64,000 nucleotides of DNA from NCBI GenBank assembly GCA_964510655.1, contig CAZEAY010000001.1, positions 164,944 through 228,943 on the forward strand, given 5' to 3'. Numbering within the stretch: position 1 is the first letter of the stretch; each line of letters starts with the position of its first letter. The notes under the pieces are model-generated. The model was not told where the DNA came from, made no database searches, and worked only from the letters and a program-made list of their open reading frames with translations. This DNA is from an uncultured Candidatus Saccharibacteria bacterium (lineage in GTDB: Bacteria > Patescibacteriota > Minisyncoccia > Phycocordibacterales > XYD1-FULL-46-19). The translations under genes were made by a program, and so were the position numbers. Of the stretch, positions 55,711-63,939 are shown piece by piece.

Positions 55711-56955
55711 ATGGATTATAAAGCTCCCCTTAATAAACCAACCCTTCTTTTTGTTGAGGAGTATGAGAGTACCCTATCTAGAAGTGTCATCTCGAACCAG
55801 ACAATCACATTAGTTTTATTGCGATTTAAGCAAAATATGTTATTTAGTCAGGAACACTTGGATAGGAGCTCTCATGTTCCCTGCTTTGTTTTCGACAAAA
55901 CGAAGCCGATAGAAAGTGAAACAAAGAAATTTAAAAAATTCTGTCGAGAAAGTGGGATTGTGGTTAATTATTTCTATAATGACTCTGAATATAACCAGGA
56001 GGTGATTCAGAAATTTGCCTCGCTGCTTGAATTTCCGGGTGCGCTGAATGAATATCAGGCCCGCTGTGTAAGAGATAAGGCCGTAATGAAAGATAAATTG
56101 CAAGAACTTGGATATCGGACAATGTCTTATCAAGAGCTGGGTTCTGTTGATGATGCGTTGGACTTTGCTGAAAAAAATGGCGGTTTTCCTTTTATTGTTA
56201 AGTGGCGCAGAGGACTTTCATCTAAAGAAGTATACCGGATTGAAAGCAGGGGGCAATTAGAAGCCCTTCAGCTTGATTATTCTACCGGGCGATTCATTGC
56301 AGAAACATATTGCCCATACTTGATCTGGAGTTTTGATTCACTAGTACAAGATGGGAAAGTTGTGGGAACTTTTCTTACTTGGCTTCCATACACCAATCTT
56401 AGCTTCGCAGAAAAGAAGGAGAAGTTCGCTCAAATCACAGTTGCAGAACAGCCGAAGAGTATTAGATTTGATGGAAGAAAAATAACTCAGGATATTATTA
56501 ATGGGATTGGCTTGGAAAATGGATACATAGAAGTCGAAGTGTTTGTTGATCCTTACGGGTCCCCTACAGTGTGCGAAATTGCGTGGCGAACCCCCGGAGA
56601 GCACATGTTGTCAAATCAAAGCCTAGCCTTTGGAGTAGATGTCTGCTCTTTATTAGTCGATATTATGGTTGGCAAAAAAATCCAACCGCTTCCTCTAAAT
56701 GGTCGACAGTGCGTCGGTGATATGTTTTTACCACTGACCAGTGGTACTGTCACTCAAATTTCTTCCTATGAGGATATAAGCGGTCTCGATGGAGTAATCA
56801 ATGGCGACGTTGTGTATAAACAAGGAGATGTTATCGAGTCAAAAAGACAATATACGAGTTGTGCCGGCTGGGTCCAAATCATCGGACAAAGTGCGGATGA
56901 GGTCTTAAATAGGATGTTAAGGGTATATGAGAAGTTTAAAATTGAAACGACCTAA
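55711..56955 (+). CDS. ATP-grasp ligase (L-amino-acid-ligase-like)
   Basis: RDK..MK..L, GFP.IVK...G.SS..V..I, CEIA.R.PG, C-terminal G.V....G. Confidence 0.78.
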   Translation: MDYKAPLNKPTLLFVEEYESTLSRSVISNQTITLVLLRFKQNMLFSQEHLDRSSHVPCFVFDKTKPIESETKKFKKFCRESGIVVNYFYNDSEYNQEVIQKFASLLEFPGALNEYQARCVRDKAVMKDKLQELGYRTMSYQELGSVDDALDFAEKNGGFPFIVKWRRGLSSKEVYRIESRGQLEALQLDYSTGRFIAETYCPYLIWSFDSLVQDGKVVGTFLTWLPYTNLSFAEKKEKFAQITVAEQPKSIRFDGRKITQDIINGIGLENGYIEVEVFVDPYGSPTVCEIAWRTPGEHMLSNQSLAFGVDVCSLLVDIMVGKKIQPLPLNGRQCVGDMFLPLTSGTVTQISSYEDISGLDGVINGDVVYKQGDVIESKRQYTSCAGWVQIIGQSADEVLNRMLRVYEKFKIETT

Positions 56956-57010
56956 GCAACTTAGTTCCATCTGAGACCAGCACTATGAAAAAAGTACAAT
57001 AAAACCAAGT

Positions 57011-57901
57011 ATGAAAAAATTCAATAAAATAGCTATTATTGATACAGTTAAAATTGCTGAGGAGGCAAAGGAGCAAATACAGCTTTACTCAAGTGAACCG
57101 GTTATTTATCCTGACCACGACACAAAAGATGAGAAGGAAATTTCTCAGAGAATTAATGACGCAGATGCTGCGTTGGGAAATTGGCATTCAAAAATAAATG
57201 CTTCAATCTTAAAACATACTCCAAATCTTAAATATATTGGAATTTGTGGAACAAGTTTAGCGAATATTGATCTTGAGGCGATAAGAAAACATAACATAGT
57301 TATCAAAAACGTCACAGATTATGGCGATCAAAGTACGGCTGAATATATTTTTGCGCAACTACTCAATCTCTTTAGGGGGTTCGGTAAACACATGTGGAGA
57401 ACCGAACCTAGTGAGCTTTACACAAAAACAATTGGAATCGTCGGTCTAGGAGCAACAGGGCAGCAAGTTGCCGGGATGGCTTTGGGATTTAAAATGAAAG
57501 TTTTATATTACAGTAAAACCAGAAAGGCGGAGTGGGAGAAGAAAGGAGTTCAATATTTTCCCATTGATGATTTACTAAGGAAGAGCGATATCATATCTAT
57601 GCACGTTCCTAAAAATACTAAGATTATTGGAAAAGATGAATTGGAAAAAATCGGTAATGGCAAAATTATAACCGATACTTGCTTAGGAAACATTTATAAA
57701 GATATTGATGCAGTCCGACTGTGGCTTGGAAATGAAAATAATTTTTTAATAAGAGATCATCATCCTGAAATAAAAGAAAAACTCGGTGATTTGAGTAGAT
57801 TTATATACACAGATGCAATAGCCGGAATAACAGCAGATACCCGAGAAAGGCTAGGTGCGAAGGTTATAGATAATATCAAAGCCTATCTAAAAGACAATTA
57901 A
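57011..57901 (+). CDS. D-2-hydroxyacid dehydrogenase-like NAD-binding protein
   Basis: NIDL.A....I...NV.DY, EL..KTIGIVGLG..G, SDIIS.HVP. Confidence 0.82.
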   Translation: MKKFNKIAIIDTVKIAEEAKEQIQLYSSEPVIYPDHDTKDEKEISQRINDADAALGNWHSKINASILKHTPNLKYIGICGTSLANIDLEAIRKHNIVIKNVTDYGDQSTAEYIFAQLLNLFRGFGKHMWRTEPSELYTKTIGIVGLGATGQQVAGMALGFKMKVLYYSKTRKAEWEKKGVQYFPIDDLLRKSDIISMHVPKNTKIIGKDELEKIGNGKIITDTCLGNIYKDIDAVRLWLGNENNFLIRDHHPEIKEKLGDLSRFIYTDAIAGITADTRERLGAKVIDNIKAYLKDN

Positions 57902-57939
57902 CTCGTGCTGAAAGTGTGGGCCACAACTTAGAACTAAAA

Positions 57940-57967
57940 ATACCCAAGCAAGAATCTGCTTGGGTAT
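57940..57967 (-). terminator. Terminator of unit N
   Basis: ATACCCAAGCA-agaatc-TGCTTGGGTAT. Confidence 0.75.
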
Positions 57968-58401
57968 CATAGCATGCGGAAGACCCCAACGTCTTTTTCC
58001 GCTTCCATCATGTTCCTAGATCGATGAATGATATTTTGATAATATCTGACACCATCGATCATAAGGGGTTTTCTCCCGCCGAATTTAAAGCGTATACTTT
58101 CGGGGGAGCAATCGACAGGATCAAGTTCTGTGCCTGTGATTCGAAGAAGCGTACTAATAGCGTTTTTCCCAACTACAAGCCCTGCTTCAACGAGTCCATC
58201 CACAAGAGGTTTGAAAATTGCATCTCTGTACCTCTCAGGCAGGTCAGAATAAATGATTTCCAATGCCCAACGTGGCATCTCAAGACTCTTGCTACCTGAG
58301 ATAGTTAGGCCACCAGCCTCGATCATTGCTCTGACTTCTTCACGAAATACCAAACCATGGGGCTTGATAATGTAAAAACTAGTTTCCAGAGTACTGTCCA
58401 T
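57967..58401 (-). CDS. ndk: Nucleoside diphosphate kinase family protein (solo unit N)
   Basis: F.IIKP.G, G..AI..L..I.G..DP....P.SIR..FG, NIIH.S; AGGAG upstream; TTGACA at 58495. Confidence 0.82.
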   Translation of the reverse strand: MDSTLETSFYIIKPHGLVFREEVRAMIEAGGLTISGSKSLEMPRWALEIIYSDLPERYRDAIFKPLVDGLVEAGLVVGKNAISTLLRITGTELDPVDCSPESIRFKFGGRKPLMIDGVRYYQNIIHRSRNMMEAEKDVGVFRML

Positions 58402-58538
58402 GAACCCAGCTCCTATTTAAAAAACTGAGTTGTGCTTGTTTTAAACACAAACTACATCCTTTCTTTTTTATATACCATATTTCACATATTGTCAATATTA
58501 CACCTAAAGCACACCTGGAGTAGTTTGAGAAAAAATAC

Positions 58539-59183
58539 TCACACTAACTTAAAGTAATCCAAGCTTGTTTTTATGAAACTTTCAGTGTCAGACTGTTTTA
58601 GCCAGATATTTTTGATTTCCTGTAATTTACCTTTTAGGTCGGGATAGAAAAGTAATTCTTCTGCTCCAATCGCTTTTTGGATTGACGGTAAATTTAGAAA
58701 AATCACATTAAATATCTCCGACAACTCCCAAAGCTTGTCGTCATTTCTAATTCCTAATTTCTCACAAAAATCATAAAAGGCAAAGTGGGTTAATTCATGG
58801 GCAATAACCTCTTTTCGCATATCATATGAACGCTTGTAATAGACCTGGAAGCTCTTAGTTTCTAGATAGCGTGGGTTGCAGTTAAAAATAGACAAGTAAC
58901 AAGTATAGTTTTCTTTACTATAATCTTTGCCAAAATATTTTTTAAGTTCAAAAAATAGCGGCTCTTTTATTTCATTGAAACAATTTCCAGTATCTTCTAA
59001 AACTTTCTCTAATTCATCCTTTTTTGCAATATAAAAATCATCTATGTACTCTACATGATTTTCTTTCTTAATATTTGGATGATCATCACGTATTTTTTTA
59101 CCAAAATCTGCACCACCAATAACAGCATCACAAAAAGCCAAATATACTTCTTTATCTAATTTTTTATTTAATTCTATTTCCAT
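58539..59183 (-). CDS. Hypothetical protein with HExxH motif
   Basis: IAHELTHF ... ELSE. Confidence 0.7.
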   Translation of the reverse strand: MEIELNKKLDKEVYLAFCDAVIGGADFGKKIRDDHPNIKKENHVEYIDDFYIAKKDELEKVLEDTGNCFNEIKEPLFFELKKYFGKDYSKENYTCYLSIFNCNPRYLETKSFQVYYKRSYDMRKEVIAHELTHFAFYDFCEKLGIRNDDKLWELSEIFNVIFLNLPSIQKAIGAEELLFYPDLKGKLQEIKNIWLKQSDTESFIKTSLDYFKLV

Positions 59184-59185
59184 AT

Positions 59186-59779
59186 TTAAAAGATAACATC
59201 AAAAAGTTCAGTATTAGAAACTTCTGACCCATAAGTAACTGCCTTCATCCTATTTTCTATCGCGAAATGACAATTTAAACCGCTGTCGTCTATAACCAAA
59301 ATATCTTCTGGAGCAATAGCGGGGTTTAATTTTTGTGTTTCTTGGATGGCAAATTGCCAAAAGGCGTCGTCTGGCTTGGCCACCCCGGCTTCGGACGAGT
59401 TTATCACCAAGTCTGGCAAATCGGCTATTTGATATTTTTCCATTAACACACCGAGGGCACTGGAGTTATTTGTCGTATAAACAATCAATTTGCCAGCCTG
59501 TTTCGCCTTTAATAAAAGATCATACAGAGCATTGTTTCTACTCTCTGAATCAAATAATTCAGAACAGTATTTATTCCAAATTTCCCCAGATACACCTTTT
59601 TCTTTTAAGAAATCATCAATTTCTTTATCTGTTCTATCTTTAGTCTGTAAGTATTTAAAAATTTCACCCACAAGCTCTTTCTTGAGTCCAAATTCTTTTT
59701 CATATTTTTCTTTTATCGCTGATGTATTATTTACAACAAGCACACCACCAATATCAACAAATAAAACTTTAATGGACAT
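59186..59779 (-). CDS. HAD-family hydrolase
   Basis: FVDIGGVL, TNN, S...G.AKPD, IDDS..N. Confidence 0.88.
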   Translation of the reverse strand: MSIKVLFVDIGGVLVVNNTSAIKEKYEKEFGLKKELVGEIFKYLQTKDRTDKEIDDFLKEKGVSGEIWNKYCSELFDSESRNNALYDLLLKAKQAGKLIVYTTNNSSALGVLMEKYQIADLPDLVINSSEAGVAKPDDAFWQFAIQETQKLNPAIAPEDILVIDDSGLNCHFAIENRMKAVTYGSEVSNTELFDVIF

Positions 59780-59905
59780 AGTTATTATAATTCACAAAAT
59801 CTTCTTAAACATATTCAGAGAGATTTTAATTAGGAATAAAGCTATGGGCATTATAGATTAAGGACCATTTGATTACAACACAGAATATAGTAGACTGGAA
59901 TTACT

Positions 59906-60319
59906 ATGGAAAAAAGAGTCAGGGCTGTAATTATTCAGAATGGTTCTGTTCTACTGATTCATCGGGTCAAACCAGACCGAGAATACTGGGTTTTCCCCGG
60001 AGGCGGCCTTAAGAAAACCGATGCTACACCTCAGGATGGCCTGAAACGTGAGTGTCTAGAGGAGCTCGGAGTTACTATTGAGGTCGGAGATCTCTTTAAG
60101 GAAGAGATATATGATTTTTCTCTCGAAAAACAGATTGAGCTCTTCTATCTCTGCAGGATTACTGGTGGGAAAATTGGAACTGGCACTGGTCCAGAGTTTA
60201 CCCGTGATCCGGGGCAATCTGGTACCTACGAACCTCAATGGATCTTAATCAGCGATCTCAACAGCAAGAATGTCCAGCCGACCACAATAAGAAATATGGT
60301 GGTAAGTGTAAGTTCATAA
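59906..60319 (+). CDS. NUDIX hydrolase
   Basis: YWVFPGGG.......L.RECLEELG. Confidence 0.88.
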   Translation: MEKRVRAVIIQNGSVLLIHRVKPDREYWVFPGGGLKKTDATPQDGLKRECLEELGVTIEVGDLFKEEIYDFSLEKQIELFYLCRITGGKIGTGTGPEFTRDPGQSGTYEPQWILISDLNSKNVQPTTIRNMVVSVSS

Positions 60320-60330
60320 AAATAATTAAC

Positions 60331-61311
60331 ATGAAAAAAATATATCCAAAAAAATTACAGGCGGGTGATGAGATAAGAATAGTTGCTCCCTCACATTCTA
60401 TATCAATTATTTCAGAGGCAAACCGTGAAATCGCTAATAAACGTCTTTCTGATTTAGGCTTTAAAGTAACGTTTGGTAAAAACGTAGAAGAAAGTGATGA
60501 ATTTCATTCTTCATCCATTAAATCTCGGGTCGCAGACTTACACAAAGCCTTTTTGGATAAAAAGGTAAAAGGAATCTTTACTGTCATTGGCGGATTTAAC
60601 TGTAATCAGCTTTTAAAATATATTGATTGGAAAATAATCAAAAACAATCCTAAAGTATTTATTGGATATTCAGACACAACTGCGTTACAAAATGCCATTT
60701 TTGCCAAAACTGGTTTAATTACATATTCTGGACCCGCCTGGTCTACCTTTGGTCAAAAACTACATTTCGATTACACACTAGACTATTTCAAGAAATGCTT
60801 AATGTCTGACGAGGTCGTTGAAATTAAGCCGGCTAAAGAATGGAGCGACGACGCTTGGTATAAAGATCAAGATAATCGAGTATTGATAAAAAATGACGGC
60901 TGGCTCATCATAAATAAAGGGCAAGCTTCGGGAACAATCCTGGGAGCTAATCTTTGTACCTTAAACCTACTCCAAGGAACAGAGTATTTCCCAAATTTAA
61001 AAGATTCAGTTTTGTTCATAGAAGATGATGAAGAATCGAAGTCTGGAAATTTTGACCGAGACTTACAATCTCTCATTCACCAGCCATCATTCAAAGGGGT
61101 AAAAGGAATTGTAATCGGACGATTCCAAAATGCGAGTAAAATGACGAACGATAAGTTGATAAAAATAATAAAAACCAAAGCCGAATTAAAAAATATTCCC
61201 GTAATTACCAATGTGGATTTTGGTCACACCAGCCCAATCATCACTTTCCCAATTGGTGGAGAGGTAAAGATCGATACTAAAAAGAAGAGTATTGTAATTA
61301 CCAAACACTAA
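60331..61311 (+). CDS. S66 family LD-carboxypeptidase (MccF-like)
   Basis: P.KL..GD.I.IVAPS, GYSD.T, G.NL, FIED, DFGHT.P. Confidence 0.92.
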   Translation: MKKIYPKKLQAGDEIRIVAPSHSISIISEANREIANKRLSDLGFKVTFGKNVEESDEFHSSSIKSRVADLHKAFLDKKVKGIFTVIGGFNCNQLLKYIDWKIIKNNPKVFIGYSDTTALQNAIFAKTGLITYSGPAWSTFGQKLHFDYTLDYFKKCLMSDEVVEIKPAKEWSDDAWYKDQDNRVLIKNDGWLIINKGQASGTILGANLCTLNLLQGTEYFPNLKDSVLFIEDDEESKSGNFDRDLQSLIHQPSFKGVKGIVIGRFQNASKMTNDKLIKIIKTKAELKNIPVITNVDFGHTSPIITFPIGGEVKIDTKKKSIVITKH

Positions 61312-61313
61312 AA

Positions 61314-61952
61314 ATGGATAGGAATCTGATATATTTAGCCGGTGGAGGAGGGGAACAGCAAACCTTTTTATTTGATGATGTTTATCTAAAAAGCCTACCT
61401 AAAAACGGCAAAATTTTATATTTACCAATTGCTCTTCGTGGTCATAAATTATATGAAGATGCTCCGAAGTGGCTCAGGGACTTAATAAATTCACACAACC
61501 GACAAGATATAGAGATTGAAACATGGACAGAAATAGAAAATAAAAACTTTTCTGATTTACAAGATTTTGACAGTATCTTCATTGGTGGTGGAAACACTTG
61601 GAGTTTACTCAAAGAAATCAGAGAATCTGACTTTGATAAACTACTTATAGAATTTCTGGCGACAAGAGGATCAATTTATGGAGGCAGTGCTGGAGCAATT
61701 ATTTTGGGTAAAAAAATTACTAGCCCAGATGAAAATGAAGTTGAATGGAAAGATGACAACGGCCTTGACCTGCTGGGAGATTATTCGGTCTTCTGCCATT
61801 ACAAAACTGATCAAGAAAATGAGTGTCAAAAATGGTCTGAGGACAATAAACTACCAGTAATCTGCCTATCGGAAGAAACAGGAAGTGTGTTTGATGAAGG
61901 AAGGTTTGAAATTATTGGAGATGGGCAAGGAATGATAATTAAAACAACATAA
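61314..61952 (+). CDS. Peptidase E (S51) family protein
   Basis: FIGGGNT..LL, YGGSAGA, HY. Confidence 0.88.
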   Translation: MDRNLIYLAGGGGEQQTFLFDDVYLKSLPKNGKILYLPIALRGHKLYEDAPKWLRDLINSHNRQDIEIETWTEIENKNFSDLQDFDSIFIGGGNTWSLLKEIRESDFDKLLIEFLATRGSIYGGSAGAIILGKKITSPDENEVEWKDDNGLDLLGDYSVFCHYKTDQENECQKWSEDNKLPVICLSEETGSVFDEGRFEIIGDGQGMIIKTT

Positions 61953-62519
61953 TTATTTATTTTTTCCCAAATACTCGGCGAGCTTAGACCAAGTATCTAA
62001 TTTTTCACTCCAGAAATTTAACATTTCTTCATCAGAAATCTCAGTCGCAATTTGAGAAAAACCTTCAGGAATAAAAACTTGATTAATAGGGGAATATCCC
62101 ACTGGTCCCACAGAAAGAGGCATTTTACCAAAAGCGGACGAACAAAAAACAACCGGCTCTTGTCCGGGAACACAATAAGCTAAACTACTGCGCACCTCAA
62201 TTTTTCGATTTTCTTTTCCAGACATTAGGAGCAAGTAATCTTCCGCCGATAACCAATTATTAGTGAATTTAATAAATGGTCCCGGAAAGCCATTTAGGGC
62301 TTCAATGTAATAGCCAGCATCTTCCACAATTACAGGAGCGTTTAATTCATTAGCCGCTAGTTTAGCCGAGAAAGCGGAAATCTCATTCACATCAGTAGAT
62401 TGAATCTCGTGAAGGTTCTCAATGTTTTTATGAGTGAGATTTATTCCAAAAGCACCAAGTGCCTTTTGGGCAACTTCAAATTTTCGACTGTTGCTGGTGA
62501 CAAAAATTAAATCAGCCAT
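61953..62519 (-). CDS. Ham1/ITPase non-canonical purine NTP pyrophosphatase
   Basis: FVTSN..K, EIQ, EDAG..I.AL.GFPGP..K. Confidence 0.88.
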   Translation of the reverse strand: MADLIFVTSNSRKFEVAQKALGAFGINLTHKNIENLHEIQSTDVNEISAFSAKLAANELNAPVIVEDAGYYIEALNGFPGPFIKFTNNWLSAEDYLLLMSGKENRKIEVRSSLAYCVPGQEPVVFCSSAFGKMPLSVGPVGYSPINQVFIPEGFSQIATEISDEEMLNFWSEKLDTWSKLAEYLGKNK

Positions 62520-62603
62520 GTTTTTATCTCTATTATGAAAGACGTATAAATTCTAATAAATTAGGCATATAATATCATTTAATTAGTGAAACATAAACCA
62601 AGT

Positions 62604-63269
62604 ATGGAAACTTTTGAACAAAAAGAGGGTGAGCCAACAAAATTAGACTTTGAATTTAGCGTCAAGCAAGATACCGACCGAATAAAAAACACCCTACAAA
62701 AAGCGGGGTGGTATCAAAAAAATGGTTATAAACCCAAGATGCCAAAAGACCTTTCATTAGAAGAAATGGGGGACTTATCTGAAGAAGAAGTTAAAAAAAT
62801 AATTGCTGATGAATTTGATGGGGAGGAATATAAATCAATTATTAGTAAGATTGAAGAAGACTGGGAAAAATTTGAACCACAACTACGCATTGGATTAGCT
62901 AATTTGGGAATAGACATAGACACTCGGTATCAAATAATGTTAACAAGATACGGGACCGGCGGGAGTTATAATAATAATTGGAATCCTAAGGGGGTGACAG
63001 TAAACATTGCCGAAAAACAAGAAGTTTCTGTTATTGCAATAATCTGTCATGAAATAGTCCACCTATGTATTCAGGATTTGATTGAAAAATATAACGTGTC
63101 GCACTGGTCAAAAGAGCATATTGTAGATTTGATAATAAAAAGTATTTTTGCAGATGAAAGGATGCAGAAAATCGATCCAATCCTTGCATCCCAAATTGAC
63201 GAAATATTTGGAAGAGATAAAACAAATATAGAGGATATAATTAAAAAAGTTGGTAATTTAAAACAATGA
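62604..63269 (+). CDS. Hypothetical protein with HExxH motif
   Basis: LTRYGTGGSY, ICHEIVH, H..KE..VD. Confidence 0.7.
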   Translation: METFEQKEGEPTKLDFEFSVKQDTDRIKNTLQKAGWYQKNGYKPKMPKDLSLEEMGDLSEEEVKKIIADEFDGEEYKSIISKIEEDWEKFEPQLRIGLANLGIDIDTRYQIMLTRYGTGGSYNNNWNPKGVTVNIAEKQEVSVIAIICHEIVHLCIQDLIEKYNVSHWSKEHIVDLIIKSIFADERMQKIDPILASQIDEIFGRDKTNIEDIIKKVGNLKQ

Positions 63270-63808
63270 AAATAATAGTCGGATCGGTTAGTGACCGGAA
63301 AATTAAAACAGTGGAGAAGGTGGTCAGGCAACTGGTTGGCGAATCTAGCGACCTCAACGTTTGTGGCTATGCCGCAAATTCTGGTGTTCCCAATACTCCT
63401 TATGACAAACAAACATACACTGGAGCCCATAATCGATCCAAGGAAAGCCGATTAGGAGCCGGAGAAGCCGATTATTATATTGGGCTAGAAAGTGGTCTAG
63501 TAGAGCGTTATGGTCATTTATACGAAGAGGCTTGGGCTTGTATAATAGACAAAAACGGTCAAGATTTTTTTGGTTATTCTAGTGGTCTAAAAGTACCAGA
63601 CTATGTTTTAAAAAGAATGAAAGAATGTGAGTTAGAACATTGTGATGTAATGTATGAGCTAGAAAAAGAAAATAATAAACTTCGCAACAGTGACACCTGG
63701 CATAGTTATTCTGGTGGACTAATATTGCGAGAGATCAGTTTAGAAGAAGCTGTCCGCAATGCATTTATCCAGATCATCGCTCCGGAGAATAGTTTCTATC
63801 AAAAATAA
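63266..63808 (+). CDS. YjjX/DUF84-type inosine/xanthosine triphosphatase
   Basis: VGS....K, SGV...P....T..GA.NR, GLESG. Confidence 0.85.
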   Translation: MKIIVGSVSDRKIKTVEKVVRQLVGESSDLNVCGYAANSGVPNTPYDKQTYTGAHNRSKESRLGAGEADYYIGLESGLVERYGHLYEEAWACIIDKNGQDFFGYSSGLKVPDYVLKRMKECELEHCDVMYELEKENNKLRNSDTWHSYSGGLILREISLEEAVRNAFIQIIAPENSFYQK

Positions 63809-63869
63809 GAGATATAAACTCTTTTTTATTTCGCCCATCGGAGAGATAGAACCAACAAAAAAAAATGAT

Positions 63870-63932
63870 TTGACATTTGAATCAACAATGGTATAGTTAT
63901 TTGCGGACAATTCTTATTTTGACGAGGAGGTG
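63870..63932 (+). promoter_or_regulatory. Promoter and SD of solo unit O
   Basis: TTGACA-16-TATAGT (TGn), AATTCTTA, GAGGAGGTG 7 nt before ATG 63940. Confidence 0.75.
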
Positions 63933-63939
63933 CCTGAAG

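Noticed and set aside
4046-57967. GC-rich hairpins after solo genes as integron attC sites
   Set aside because: No consistent RYYYAAC/GTTRRRY ends, no tandem array and no integrase; they fit intrinsic terminators
57001-62606. Shared AAACCAAGTATG at the starts of 57011 and 62604
   Set aside because: Only two 12-nt AT-rich copies; chance cannot be excluded
679-63430. Many 60-160 aa antisense or off-frame ORFs inside long genes (e.g. 8146-8457, 30971-31462, 40300-40638, 53811-54203)
   Set aside because: Fully overlap well-supported genes and lack family motifs; shadow ORFs
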